Below, in pieces: positions 1-9,767 of a stretch of 64,000 nucleotides of DNA. The notes under the pieces are model-generated. The model made no database searches, was not told the origin of the DNA, and worked only from the letters and a program-made list of their open reading frames with translations. Where the stretch lies: NCBI GenBank assembly GCA_044237945.1, contig JBIIEH010000001.1:116782-180781 (forward strand), given 5' to 3'. This DNA is from Sphingobium sp. (GTDB taxonomy: Bacteria > Pseudomonadota > Alphaproteobacteria > Sphingomonadales > Sphingomonadaceae). The number at the start of each line of letters is the position of its first letter. Position 1 is the stretch's first letter. The position numbers were made by a program, and so were the translations under genes.

Positions 1-195
1 AACTTGCGCCGGATCGCGCATGTCGGCGGAGAATGCGATGGCGTTGGTTTCGGCTCCGAAAGCCGTCAACGTCGCCTGGTCACGGCAGATGCCGACGATG
101 CTGTCGCCGCGGCCCAGCACGGCTCGCGCCAGGGCGGTGCCGATGCCGCTCGATATGCTGGTGATCAGCCAGCGGCGTGGCTGCGTTGATGACAT
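1..195 (-). CDS. short-chain dehydrogenase/reductase (SDR), N-terminal fragment; the gene runs off the window start
   Basis: Reverse-strand ATG at 195. My translation MSSTQPRRWLITSISSGIGTALARAVLGRGDSIVGICRDQ... carries an SDR Rossmann glycine motif (TSxxSGIG). It is absent from the ORF track because no stop lies in the window. It sits 18 nt downstream of the MFS stop on the same strand. Confidence 0.6.
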   Translation of the reverse strand, partial: MSSTQPRRWLITSISSGIGTALARAVLGRGDSIVGICRDQATLTAFGAETNAIAFSADMRDPAQV

Positions 196-213
196 GACTC
201 GCCCTTCCCGTTG

Positions 214-1413
214 TCAGATCGAAAGTGGCTTGCGCCGGCTCAGCAATGTGCGGGCTGAAATGCCCGCGCCGACGGCCAGCACCACCAGCCCGAAGACGAT
301 GAACACACCCGCCAGGCCAGCGACGCCGCGTATCCAGGCGGCGAAGAAGGGAAAGGCGAGCTGCGCGCCGAACATCACGCCATTGGCCAGCCCGATCGCC
401 TGCGCGCCCAGATGCGGTGGACTGACGGCCATGGCGGTCGCGCTGACATTGGGGGCCATCATCGCCACCATTGCGCTGTTGAGCACCACGGCCAGCGTGA
501 AGAGCGCTACGCTGCTCGACAGACAGCCGATCACCAGCGCCGCGCCCATGACCAGCATCGACACGATCCAGACGCCATGCGTGCCAACAGCCCGGTGCGC
601 CCGGCCATAGCAGGCAGCGGCAAGGACGGCGGCGATCGAGCCGATGGTGGCGGGGATGGCGAGCAGGCGTATGTCGCCGATGCCGAGTTCGGTGAGATAG
701 ATGGGCGCATAGATCGGGCTGACCAGCATCCCCATGCCGGCCAGCGCCGCCAACAGTAGCAGGAAGAGCATAGCGGGGCTGAACAGTCCGCCAGTAGCTG
801 TCGCTGAACCGTGGCCGTTCGCCATGCCGAGCGATGGGGGTAGCATCAACACCAGCGGGACCACCGGCAGGGCGAGCAGATTGACGAGGAAAGCGTAGCG
901 CCAGTCGATATGGCCGATCGCGCCGATCAGCGGGAACATCAGGATCGCGGTTGCGCCGCCGACCATGGAGAACCAGCCGAACATCGCCATGCGCCGCTCC
1001 GTCCGCAGCGCGCCGATGCCGGTCAGCGCGCCGGTGAAGACGCCCGACAAGGCGAGGCCCAGGATCAGCCGCGCCGCCAATATCGCCCACAGGTCGTCAA
1101 GCAGGGCGGGGGCCGCGCCCGCCGCCGCGAACAGCAACAGCGCCGGCAGGAAGACCGCGCGGCATCCGAAGCGGGCAACCAGCATGCCCGCGATCGGCGC
1201 GCCGAGTGCGAAAGCAAAGCTGGCCAGCGTGCCAACCAGTTCGGTCAGCAGCGCCACATGGGGCGTGCCCGCAAAGCTGCGCTCTATCTGCGGCAGCACC
1301 AGGCCGGGCGAGAACAGGCCGACGGTTGGAAACAGGCCGCAACTCAGCAGCGCCACGATGCCGATCCGGCTCAGGTCGACGCCCTCCGGCGCGACGTGCG
1401 TTTGTGCGTGCAT
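214..1413 (-). CDS. MFS transporter
   Basis: 399-aa ORF made of successive hydrophobic Ala/Gly/Leu-rich helices, with an MFS-like loop (GMLVARFGCR) after TM2. Confidence 0.85.
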   Translation of the reverse strand: MHAQTHVAPEGVDLSRIGIVALLSCGLFPTVGLFSPGLVLPQIERSFAGTPHVALLTELVGTLASFAFALGAPIAGMLVARFGCRAVFLPALLLFAAAGAAPALLDDLWAILAARLILGLALSGVFTGALTGIGALRTERRMAMFGWFSMVGGATAILMFPLIGAIGHIDWRYAFLVNLLALPVVPLVLMLPPSLGMANGHGSATATGGLFSPAMLFLLLLAALAGMGMLVSPIYAPIYLTELGIGDIRLLAIPATIGSIAAVLAAACYGRAHRAVGTHGVWIVSMLVMGAALVIGCLSSSVALFTLAVVLNSAMVAMMAPNVSATAMAVSPPHLGAQAIGLANGVMFGAQLAFPFFAAWIRGVAGLAGVFIVFGLVVLAVGAGISARTLLSRRKPLSI

Positions 1414-1493
1414 GCTTCTCTCCCGTCCTGGCCTTTGCGGCGCCGGGCGCGAGAGCTTTCAGAAATGCGTCTTACAGGCAATCGAACGGGATG

Positions 1494-1503
1494 TTGCATG
1501 CAA
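1494..1503. promoter_or_regulatory. TTGCATGCAA palindrome, copy 1 (candidate operator between the divergent MFS and ethD-like operon)
   Basis: Perfect 10-bp palindrome in the 198-bp divergent intergenic region. The same 10-mer recurs at 12914, 17211 and 40886. Confidence 0.4.
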
Positions 1504-1611
1504 AACAGCGAGGATGTGATGGGATGAGGCCGCCCCTTGGCGTCGCTGCCGGACGGGCACAGACCCGGCGCGGGCGATACGAGTCGTCCACGAACAGGAG
1601 AGGGGAGAGCG

Positions 1612-2208
1612 GTGAAAAGCGTCATCCTGCTGAACGGCGTGGCCGATCATCTGCCGGCCGCGCTCGCAGCCCAGCCCTGGGCCGAGCGGGCGTCGCGCAT
1701 CGTCGTGCAATTGGCTGCGCCAGCTCAGGCGGAGCCGCCGATCTATGATGCGATAGTCGAAATCTGGTCGGACGCGCCGATCGTGCTGGACGGCATGGCG
1801 GCCGACTGGGACCGGATCGATATCCGCTCGTCGCAGGAGGTGATCGGCAAGGCGGCGGACAGGACAGCGCCTGTCGGCGTCTCGCCCGGCCTGTCGCAAC
1901 TGTCCTTCATCCAGGCGATCGACGGCCTGCCGCGCGCAGAGATAGAGCGGCACTGGGACGAGCATATTCCGCTCGCTCGCGACATCCATGTCGGCATGGA
2001 CCGCTATGTGCAGGACCGGCTCTCCGCTGCGCCTGAAGGTGCGCGCCCGTGGTTCGGCATGGCGCATCTGCATTTCCCGAGTGCCGACGCCCTGCGCGAC
2101 GGCCTGTTCCGCTCGCCTGATGATGTGGCGGTCATCGGCGCGGACGTCGCGGAGTTCGTCAGCGATTACGCCACCATGCTGGCGATCGAACATGTGGTGA
2201 AGGGCTAG
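1612..2208 (+). CDS. EthD-domain protein
   Basis: The C-terminal half (LPRAEIERHWDEHIPLARD...GMAHLHFPSADALRDGLF) looks EthD-like. I chose the GTG at 1612 because GGAGAGGGGAGAG lies just upstream. The track ORF starts at 1537 with an Arg/Pro/Gly-rich, non-protein-like extension. Confidence 0.7.
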   Translation: MKSVILLNGVADHLPAALAAQPWAERASRIVVQLAAPAQAEPPIYDAIVEIWSDAPIVLDGMAADWDRIDIRSSQEVIGKAADRTAPVGVSPGLSQLSFIQAIDGLPRAEIERHWDEHIPLARDIHVGMDRYVQDRLSAAPEGARPWFGMAHLHFPSADALRDGLFRSPDDVAVIGADVAEFVSDYATMLAIEHVVKG

Positions 2209-2211
2209 GCG

Positions 2212-3000
2212 ATGGATCTGGGACTGGCAGGCAAGCGGGCGCTCGTCACGGGCAGCAGTTCCGGCATCGGCGCAGGCATTGCGCGCATGCTGGCGGCGGA
2301 AGGCTGCGCGGTGGTGGTGCATGGCCGCGATGCCGACAAGGCGCGTGCGGTGGCCGAGCCGATCGGCGCGACGGTGGCCATCGGCGACCTGTCCACCGAT
2401 GCCGGGGCGCAGGCCGTGGCAGAGGTCGCGGGCGACATCGACATATTGGTGAACAATGCCGGCGGCGCGGTGGGCACGTCGGCAATGCATTGGACGCAAG
2501 TGGACGAGGCCGGCTGGGAGGGAACCTATCAACTGAACGCCATCGCCGCAGCGCGGATGATCCGCCGCCTGCTGCCGGCGATGCAGGCGAAGGGCTGGGG
2601 CCGCATCATCAACGTCGCCAGCGCGGCGGCGAGCCAGCCCATTGCCTTTGGCCCGGACTATGGCGCGGCCAAAGCAGCGATGCTCAACATGACGGTCAGC
2701 CTGGCGAAGGCGCTGGGCGACTGCGGCGTCACCGCCAACAGTGTCAGCCCCGGCATGATCCTGACGCCGGCGGTGGAGGCTTGGCTCGACAATCTGAAAG
2801 GCACGATGGGCTGGGGCGATATCGCGCTGGAAGAAGCGGAGGCGCGCGCCGCGCGTGAACTGACGCCCATCCCCGTCGGCCGCATTGGGCGGGTGAAAGA
2901 GATCGCCCATGTCGTGTGCATGATCGCGAGTCCCAGCGCCGGATATATGACCGGCGCGAACGTCCGCGTGGACGGCGGGCAGGTGCAGAGCGTGAATTGA
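2212..3000 (+). CDS. SDR-family oxidoreductase
   Basis: GKRALVTGSSSGIGAGIA Rossmann motif, NNAG, and a YGAAKAA catalytic Tyr-x3-Lys. Confidence 0.9.
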   Translation: MDLGLAGKRALVTGSSSGIGAGIARMLAAEGCAVVVHGRDADKARAVAEPIGATVAIGDLSTDAGAQAVAEVAGDIDILVNNAGGAVGTSAMHWTQVDEAGWEGTYQLNAIAAARMIRRLLPAMQAKGWGRIINVASAAASQPIAFGPDYGAAKAAMLNMTVSLAKALGDCGVTANSVSPGMILTPAVEAWLDNLKGTMGWGDIALEEAEARAARELTPIPVGRIGRVKEIAHVVCMIASPSAGYMTGANVRVDGGQVQSVN

Positions 3001-3100
3001 AAGTGCGATCCATCGAATAGCCGATGATTGTGCGGTCAACTGGCGTCGCACGGCCCGACCATTAGGATCGCGGAAGAACAAGAGCGGGAGAGATGCGCCG

Positions 3101-4321
3101 ATGGCCACCCTGATCCACGCGGCCAGCCCGCCGCCCGACCATGTGCGGCCCGATCTGGTGGTCGCCTTCGACGCCTATCATCCGGTCGAAGGGGCGGAGG
3201 ACTATCAACAGGCCTTTTCGCGGATGCACCGCGCCGATGTGCCCGACATCTTCTGGTCGCCCTTCAACGGCGGCCACTGGATATTGCGCCGACGCGAGCA
3301 TATCGCGGAGGCATTCGCTGACTGGAGCCGCTTCACGTCGCGCAATGGCGTGTCGGTCGACGCGCGCGATCAGGCCAATCACGGCGTTCGCCCGCGCCTG
3401 TCGCCGATCGAGGATGATCCGCCCGAACAGCAAAGCTACCGCAAGCTGTTCGCCCCCGCCTTCACCGCATTGGCCGTCAAACAGTTGGAAGCCGACGCCC
3501 GCGCGCTGGCGGTGGAACTGCTGGAGGAGATGAAGCCGCGCGGGCGGTGCGATTTCGCGACCGAGTTCGCGCAGCATCTGCCGATCCGCATCTTCATGGC
3601 GATGCTCGACCTGCCGGAGGCCGACCGGCTGTGGCTGCTGCCGCTGGCTTCGGCGCAAGTGGGGGCAACGCCGGAGAAGGGCGCGGCCATGGCGAAGCTG
3701 GCCGACTATATCACCGGCCATGTCCTCGCCCGCCGCGACAATCCGGGGGACGACCTGATCAGCCGGATTGTCACGTCGCAGATCGACGGCGCGCCGGTCC
3801 CGGTGGAAAAGGCGATCGGGATATGCCTGTTGCTGCTGGTCGGCGGGCTGGACACGGTCGCGACGATGATGAGCCAGATCATGCTGTTTCTGGCGCAGTC
3901 GCCGGCGCATCGTCAGGCGCTGGCCGCCGACGCGAAGCTGCTGCCGAATGCGATCGAGGAATTTCTCCGTCGCTTCTCCCTGACCAATCCCGCCCGCGCC
4001 GTAGCGCAGGACATGGAGTTCCACGGCGTCATCATGCGCGCGGGCGACATGGTGATGCTGTCGACACCGCTCGGCGGGATCGATCCCGAGACCTATGACG
4101 ATCCGCTGGCCGTGGATTTCGCGCGCAAGTCCACGACCAAGACGACTTTCGGCGCGGGGCCGCATGTCTGCCCCGGATCGATGCTCGCCCGCGCGGAAAT
4201 CCGCGTGCTGCTGGAGGAGTGGCTGGCGCGCATACCCGATTTCCACGTCGATCCAGACGATAGCCCGCGCATCACGACCGGCGTCAATATCACCGTCGAC
4301 CGGCTGCCGCTGGTCTGGTGA
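3101..4321 (+). CDS. cytochrome P450, P450cam/CYP101-like
   Basis: Heme-thiolate loop FGAGPHVCPGSMLA. The N-terminus (PDHVRPDLVVAFDAY...FWSPFNGGHWILRRRE) is collinear with the P450cam PEHLVFDFDMY...WTRCNGGHWIATRG region as I remember it. Confidence 0.92.
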   Translation: MATLIHAASPPPDHVRPDLVVAFDAYHPVEGAEDYQQAFSRMHRADVPDIFWSPFNGGHWILRRREHIAEAFADWSRFTSRNGVSVDARDQANHGVRPRLSPIEDDPPEQQSYRKLFAPAFTALAVKQLEADARALAVELLEEMKPRGRCDFATEFAQHLPIRIFMAMLDLPEADRLWLLPLASAQVGATPEKGAAMAKLADYITGHVLARRDNPGDDLISRIVTSQIDGAPVPVEKAIGICLLLLVGGLDTVATMMSQIMLFLAQSPAHRQALAADAKLLPNAIEEFLRRFSLTNPARAVAQDMEFHGVIMRAGDMVMLSTPLGGIDPETYDDPLAVDFARKSTTKTTFGAGPHVCPGSMLARAEIRVLLEEWLARIPDFHVDPDDSPRITTGVNITVDRLPLVW

Positions 4322-4364
4322 GGGCGCGGGCCTCCCATCACGAGATAAAGGCAAAGAGGACTTC

Positions 4365-5339
4365 ATGACAGACATCCGTTTCGACAACCGCGTGGCGATC
4401 ATCACCGGCGCGGGCAACGGCCTTGGCAAGGATTATGCGCTGGAACTGGCACGGCGCGGCGCGAAGGTGGTAGTCAACGATCTGGGTGGCAGCGGATCGG
4501 GGCAGGGGGAATCCCACAATGCGGCCGACCTTGTCGTTCAGGAAATCCGCGATGCCGGCGGAGAAGCCGTCGCCAATTACGACAGCGTCTCGACCCGCAC
4601 CGGCGGCGCGGCGATCGTGCAAAGCGCGCTCGACGCCTTTGGCAAGGTCGACATCTGCATCAACAATGCGGGCTTCCTGCGCAATGGCCGGTTCGAGGAT
4701 TTGACCGACCAGCAGATCGACGCAATCATCGACGTGCATCTGAAGGGCGCGATCTACGTCGCCCAGCCGGCCTACAGGGCGATGCGCCAGAACGGCTATG
4801 GCCGTTTCCTGTTCACTGGCTCCGCATCGGCCATGTTCGGCCATGCCTGGCAGGCCAATTATGCTGCGGCCAAGGGCGGCCTCATGGGCCTCAGCCATAT
4901 CGTCGCGATCGAGGGGTCTGCTTATGGCATCACCTCCAATCTGCTGATGCCGACCGCCCAGTCGCGGCTGGCGGCGGAGATGGACGCGGGCTTCATGGAA
5001 ATCCCCGCCTTCGCGCAATCGGTGCAGGGCGCCGACTATGCCGCCAGCGCCGACCGGATCGAGGTGCCCTTCAACACCCCGCTGGTCGTCTATCTGGTGA
5101 GCGAGCAATGCACATCGACGCACGGCATCTACACCCAGAATAGCGGCCGCTACGCCAAGGTGCGGATCAGCGCCGCCGATGGCTGGGTCGCGCCGATGGG
5201 GCCGACACCGCCGTCGGTCGAGGATGTCGCGGCGCATTGGGAGCAGGTCTGCGATCCGGCGATCGAGCATCAGCCGCTGACCGTCTATGAGGAGTTCAGC
5301 GCGGTGGCGCAGGCGGCGCGCCGGCAGGGCGCGCTGTGA
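4365..5339 (+). CDS. SDR, MFE-2/HSD17B4-type (3R)-hydroxyacyl-CoA dehydrogenase-like
   Basis: MTDIRFDNRVAIITGAGNGLGKDYALELARRGAKVVVNDLGG... closely parallels the N-terminal dehydrogenase domain of multifunctional enzyme 2 as I recall it. It has a YAAAK catalytic motif. ATG at 4365 with AAGAGGA upstream. The track ORF start at 4095 overlaps the P450. Confidence 0.85.
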   Translation: MTDIRFDNRVAIITGAGNGLGKDYALELARRGAKVVVNDLGGSGSGQGESHNAADLVVQEIRDAGGEAVANYDSVSTRTGGAAIVQSALDAFGKVDICINNAGFLRNGRFEDLTDQQIDAIIDVHLKGAIYVAQPAYRAMRQNGYGRFLFTGSASAMFGHAWQANYAAAKGGLMGLSHIVAIEGSAYGITSNLLMPTAQSRLAAEMDAGFMEIPAFAQSVQGADYAASADRIEVPFNTPLVVYLVSEQCTSTHGIYTQNSGRYAKVRISAADGWVAPMGPTPPSVEDVAAHWEQVCDPAIEHQPLTVYEEFSAVAQAARRQGAL

Positions 5340-7660
5340 TCGGCCGCGGGCGCGTGGCGGCGGCGCTGCTGGCGCTGGCGGTCGCTGCGCCTGCTCTGGC
5401 CCGGCCGCCGATGGCCGACAGCCTGCCGCTGCCTGAACCGGGCTTTGCCGGCAAGGTGGGGCAAACCTTCCGCGAATCCGATCCGCCGACCCCGCGCGGG
5501 GCGGTGCAGGCCCCGGCGGGCGCGCCCAATATTCTCGTGATCCTGCTCGACGATTCCGGCTTCGGCCAATATGCGGCGTTCGGCGGCGCTATTCCCTCGC
5601 CCGCGATAGACGAACTGGCGCGGGAGGGGCTGCGCTACAACCGTTTCCACACCGCCGGCATCTGCTCGCCCACCCGCGCCGCGCTGCTGACCGGGCGCAA
5701 TCCGCACAATGCCGGTGTCGGCATCGTGACCGAGTTGTCGAGCGGCTATGACGGCTATACTGGCGTCATCCCGCAGACGACGACTCCGTTCGCCCGAATC
5801 TTCCGCGATCATGGCTATGCCACCGCGATGTTCGGCAAGAACCACAATACACCGACCGCGCAGGCGGGCGGAGGCGGCCCCTTCACGCATTGGCCCAACG
5901 CCTTCGGCTTCGACTATTTCTACGGCTTCAACGCCTGGGGCACGAGCCAGTATCAGCCGCTGCTGTTCGAGAACAACCGGCCGCTGCCGCCCTCGACCGA
6001 TCCCGACTATCACCTCACCAGCGACCTGGCGGATCGCGCCATCCGCTGGATCGGCGAGGCGAAGGGCGCGCATCCCGATCAGCCCTGGCTCGCTTATGTC
6101 GCGACCGGCGCGGTGCATGCGCCGCATCACGCGCCTTCGGAATGGATCGACCGCTTCAAGGGCCGCTTCGACAAGGGATGGGACGCCTATCGCGAAGATG
6201 TCTTCGCACGGCAAAAGGCGCTGGGCGTCATCCCCGCCGACGCCAAACTGACGCCGCGACCGGCGGAAATTCCGGCCTGGGACAGCCTGTCGCCGGATCA
6301 GAAGCGCATCAACGCCCGCCAGATGGAGGTGTTCGCCGGCTTCGCCGCCCACACCGATGCGCAATTGAAACGGCTGGTCGATGCCGTGCGCGCCATGCCG
6401 GACGGCGACAACACGCTGATCGTCTATATAGCCGGCGACAATGGCGCGAGCGCCGAAGGCGCGATGACCGGCACGCTCAGCGAACTCGCCCCGTCCGACG
6501 GGCTGGAAAAGGAAGCGCAGCCGACGCTGGAAAGCCTCAAGGACCTGGGCGGCCCGCGCTACAACAACAACTATCCCGCCGGCTGGGCCTGGGCGGTCAA
6601 CACGCCCTTCCGCTACTACAAGCAGGTCGTCTCGCATCTGGGCGCGACGCGCAATCCGATGGTGATCGCCTGGCCGAAGCGCATCGCGCAGGGCGGCCAG
6701 CTGCGCACCCAATATGCCGATGTCACCGACATCGCGCCGACCCTGCTGGAGGCGGCGGGTCTGGCGGCGCCGGCCAGCGTCGATGGCATCGCGCAAAAGC
6801 CGATGGACGGCGTCAGCCTGCTCCCGACCTTCGCCGATGCCAGCGCGGCCGAGGTGCGCGACCGCCAGTATTTCGAGGTATTCGGCAACCGCGCCATCTA
6901 TGATCGCGGCTGGATGGCGTCGGCGAAACTCGCCGACCCGTGGGAGCCAAATCGCGCCGCGCTCGACCCGGACAAGGCGACCTGGGAACTCTACGATCTC
7001 GCCCACGACTTCACCCAGTCCCGCGATCTCGCCGCGCGCGATCCCGCCCGGCTGAAGGCGCTTCAGGACCTCTGGTGGCAGGAGGCCGAACGCAACCAGG
7101 TGCTGCCGCTCGACTGGCGCGCGGGCGAACGGCTCGCGGCGCTGGCGCGACCCGCCACGCGGCGCAGCTTCACTTTGTATCCCGGCACCGCCGGCCTTGC
7201 CGAAGCGATCGCGCCGCCGCTGCACAACCGCTCCTGGACGGTGACCGCGCATGGCGCCTTCACCCCGACCGACAGCGGCGTGCTGGCGACACAGGGCGGC
7301 ATGACCGGCGGCTGGGCCCTACGCATGGCGGACGGCAAACTCGTCTTCGATTATAATCTTCAGGCGATCCGCCATTTCCGCGTGGCAGCCGACCAGCCCC
7401 TCCCGGCCGGAACGAAAAGCATCGCCGTCCGCTTCAGCTATGAAGGCAAGCCGGGCGAGCGGGGCAGGCCCGCAACGATCAGCCTGCTGGCGGATGGCAA
7501 GCCCATCGGCGGCGGCGCCTTGTCGCGCACGAGCGGCTCGGTTTTCTCGCTGAACGAAGGGATGGACGTCGGCGCGGACTATGGATCGCCGGTGGCGGAC
7601 TATGTCCTGCCGGCCCCCTTTACCGGCAAGCTCGACACGATTGTCGTCGACCTCGACTGA
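5336..7660 (+). CDS. arylsulfatase (Cys-type, formylglycine-dependent), secreted
   Basis: Signal peptide MIGRGRVAAALLALAVAAPALA. Sulfatase signature LLDDSGFG...CSPTRAALLTGRN (CxPxR). The GTG start overlaps the upstream stop (GTGA). Confidence 0.9.
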   Translation: MIGRGRVAAALLALAVAAPALARPPMADSLPLPEPGFAGKVGQTFRESDPPTPRGAVQAPAGAPNILVILLDDSGFGQYAAFGGAIPSPAIDELAREGLRYNRFHTAGICSPTRAALLTGRNPHNAGVGIVTELSSGYDGYTGVIPQTTTPFARIFRDHGYATAMFGKNHNTPTAQAGGGGPFTHWPNAFGFDYFYGFNAWGTSQYQPLLFENNRPLPPSTDPDYHLTSDLADRAIRWIGEAKGAHPDQPWLAYVATGAVHAPHHAPSEWIDRFKGRFDKGWDAYREDVFARQKALGVIPADAKLTPRPAEIPAWDSLSPDQKRINARQMEVFAGFAAHTDAQLKRLVDAVRAMPDGDNTLIVYIAGDNGASAEGAMTGTLSELAPSDGLEKEAQPTLESLKDLGGPRYNNNYPAGWAWAVNTPFRYYKQVVSHLGATRNPMVIAWPKRIAQGGQLRTQYADVTDIAPTLLEAAGLAAPASVDGIAQKPMDGVSLLPTFADASAAEVRDRQYFEVFGNRAIYDRGWMASAKLADPWEPNRAALDPDKATWELYDLAHDFTQSRDLAARDPARLKALQDLWWQEAERNQVLPLDWRAGERLAALARPATRRSFTLYPGTAGLAEAIAPPLHNRSWTVTAHGAFTPTDSGVLATQGGMTGGWALRMADGKLVFDYNLQAIRHFRVAADQPLPAGTKSIAVRFSYEGKPGERGRPATISLLADGKPIGGGALSRTSGSVFSLNEGMDVGADYGSPVADYVLPAPFTGKLDTIVVDLD

Positions 7661-7677
7661 ACGGAGAAGATGCGCGC

Positions 7678-8595
7678 ATGAAGGCAACACGATTTCACGG
7701 CCATGGCGACGCATCCGTGCTGCGCTACGAGGATGCGGAAAAGCCAGCGCCCGGCCCGGGTGAGCTGCTGATCTGCGTCGCGGTCGCGGGGGTCAATCCC
7801 GCCGACCACAAGCATCGCGGCGGCATGTTCAGCGGGTTCCTCGCCTATGTCTTCCCCAAGACGCTGGGCTATGATGTCGCCGGCACGGTCGAAGCGCTGG
7901 GGGAGGGGTTGGACGGTCCGCCGCCCGGAACCCGCGTGTTCGCGATGCTCGATCCGATGATCGCCGGTGGCTATGCGGAATATGTCGCGACCCGCGCCGA
8001 TGCCGTCGCGCCGATGCCGGACGGCATGGATTTCGAGACGGCTGCCGGCATGCCCTGTCCGGCGCTCACCGGCGCGCAGATGATCGAGGAGCATCTGCGG
8101 CCACAGGCCGGCGACCGCGTCCTGATCACCGGCGCGACCGGCATGGTCGGGCGCTTCGCCCTGCTCGCGGCGAAGGCGGCGGGCGCGCATGTCGTTGCCG
8201 CCGTGCGCCCGGCTTATGCGCAGGAGGCGCTCGACATGGGTGCCGACGAAGTGGTTGCGCTGGACGGCAGCGGCTGGACCGGCGCACCGTTCGACGGCAC
8301 GATCGACACGGTCGGCGGCCCCGCTGCCACGGCCCTTGCCGCCGCCACGAAGCGGACGGGCCGTATCCTCACGGCGGCGACCGATCCGCTCGACGCGGCG
8401 CTGCTGCCCTCGACGCCGGAATTCATCGCGGTGCATCCCGATGGCGCGCGCCTGGCCCGGCTGGGCGCGGATGTCATGCGCGGGGCGGTTGCTGTCCCGG
8501 TGGTTGCCCGCTTCCCGCTGGCACAGGCCGGCGCGGCGCAGGATGCGATCGAACGGGGCGGGCTGCGCGGCAAGGTCGTGCTGACCGTGGGCTGA
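7678..8595 (+). CDS. NADPH:quinone oxidoreductase / MDR-family zinc-type alcohol dehydrogenase-like
   Basis: MKATRFHGHGDASVLRYEDAEKPAPGPGELLICVAVAGVNPAD is a typical quinone oxidoreductase N-terminus. Nucleotide-binding ITGATGMVG. Confidence 0.85.
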   Translation: MKATRFHGHGDASVLRYEDAEKPAPGPGELLICVAVAGVNPADHKHRGGMFSGFLAYVFPKTLGYDVAGTVEALGEGLDGPPPGTRVFAMLDPMIAGGYAEYVATRADAVAPMPDGMDFETAAGMPCPALTGAQMIEEHLRPQAGDRVLITGATGMVGRFALLAAKAAGAHVVAAVRPAYAQEALDMGADEVVALDGSGWTGAPFDGTIDTVGGPAATALAAATKRTGRILTAATDPLDAALLPSTPEFIAVHPDGARLARLGADVMRGAVAVPVVARFPLAQAGAAQDAIERGGLRGKVVLTVG

Positions 8596-8601
8596 CGCGC
8601 A

Positions 8602-9645
8602 ATGGCCATCATCCTCGGCCGCGACATGGCGGCCACGCACCGCGCGATCGAGGACTGGCTGCGCGCCCGTCTGCCCGACGCGACACGCATCATCGTGCCC
8701 CCGCTCCGCGCTGCGGAGGGTGGATCGTCCAGCGAAACGCTGTTCCTGTCGCCGGACATCAGCACGCCCGAAGGCACGACCCGGCGCCAATGGGTGCTAC
8801 GCATCCAGGCATCGGGCTTTCAGGTCTATCAGGACCCTTCGGTCGAACGGCAATATCGGGTGATGGACCTCGTCGGCCGGGCCGGCGCTGCGCCGGTGCC
8901 GGCCATGCTGTGGTTCGAAGCCGACCCGGACATCCTCGGCGCGCCCTTCTTCGTCATGGACCGCGTCGACGGCACCGTCCCGGATGAACGCTATCACAGC
9001 CGGGGCGTGCTGTTCGACGCATCGCCGGCCGATCGGCAGGCGATGTGGCTCTCGGGCATAGAGGCTATGGCCGCCGTCCACCGCACGCCGCTAGACGGCA
9101 CGGACTTCCTCGCGCGCCCGGCGCTCGGCGCGACCGGCCTAGATCAGGAAATCGCCGTCTGGGACGCCTATCTCGCCTGGGCGAACATCCCCGATCACCC
9201 GACACTGCTGCGCGCCCGGCGCTGGCTGGCCGATCACGTCCCCGCCCAGCGCCCGACCGGCCTCGCCTGGGGCGACGCCCGGCTCGGCAACATGGTGTTC
9301 CGGGACAATGGTTGCCGGGGCGTGCTGGATTGGGAAACCGCCTCGCTCGCCGGCGCGGAGACGGACCTTGGCTGGTGGCTCTATTATGACTGGTGGATCA
9401 CCGAAGGGACCGGCGTCCCCCGGCTGGACGGCATCGGCGACCGCGACGACACCATCCGCGCCTGGGAACAATTTGCCGGCCGCCGCGCCGATGCGATGGA
9501 CTGGCATGAAATGTTCGGCACTTACCGCTTCGCCATCATCAGCGAACGCGCCGTGGCCCTGATGGCCGCGGCCGGCAGCGGCATCGCAGTCGGCGGCGGC
9601 GACGCCAACCCCGCGATCGAACGCCTGCGGCAATTGCTGGGATAG
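8602..9645 (+). CDS. phosphotransferase-family protein (APH/ACAD10-11 N-terminal-like kinase fold)
   Basis: Brenner-like catalytic segment LAWGDARLGNMVF followed by VLDWE. Confidence 0.75.
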   Translation: MAIILGRDMAATHRAIEDWLRARLPDATRIIVPPLRAAEGGSSSETLFLSPDISTPEGTTRRQWVLRIQASGFQVYQDPSVERQYRVMDLVGRAGAAPVPAMLWFEADPDILGAPFFVMDRVDGTVPDERYHSRGVLFDASPADRQAMWLSGIEAMAAVHRTPLDGTDFLARPALGATGLDQEIAVWDAYLAWANIPDHPTLLRARRWLADHVPAQRPTGLAWGDARLGNMVFRDNGCRGVLDWETASLAGAETDLGWWLYYDWWITEGTGVPRLDGIGDRDDTIRAWEQFAGRRADAMDWHEMFGTYRFAIISERAVALMAAAGSGIAVGGGDANPAIERLRQLLG

Positions 9646-9703
9646 GCGGCGACGGGGGATTTGAAGAGGTAGCTTCCCCATAATTCCCCTCGCCCCTCCG
9701 GGG

Positions 9704-9767
9704 CGTTCGGGGTCGGCCATGCCCCCGGCATGGCCTAAACAGTCCGGGGGACTGTTTACCCCGAACG
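9704..9767. repeat. three-way-junction-like palindromic element between convergent genes
   Basis: Outer stem CGTTCGGGG (9704-9712) pairs with CCCCGAACG (9759-9767). It encloses two perfect 9-bp hairpins: GGCCATGCC-ccc-GGCATGGCC (9715-9735) and AAACAGTCC-ggg-GGACTGTTT (9737-9757). Confidence 0.6.

Noticed and set aside
1459-4429. Long minus-strand ORFs 1459..3108 (549 aa) and 3062..4429 (455 aa) opposite the EthD, SDR and P450 genes
   Set aside because: No recognisable domains, Arg-rich, and each overlaps plus-strand genes that carry clear catalytic motifs.
5285-7252. 655-aa minus-strand ORF antisense to the sulfatase gene
   Set aside because: Arg/Ala/Gly/Pro-rich low-complexity translation with no motif. 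It is the mirror frame of a strongly supported sulfatase gene. Long antisense ORFs like this are expected in high-GC DNA.
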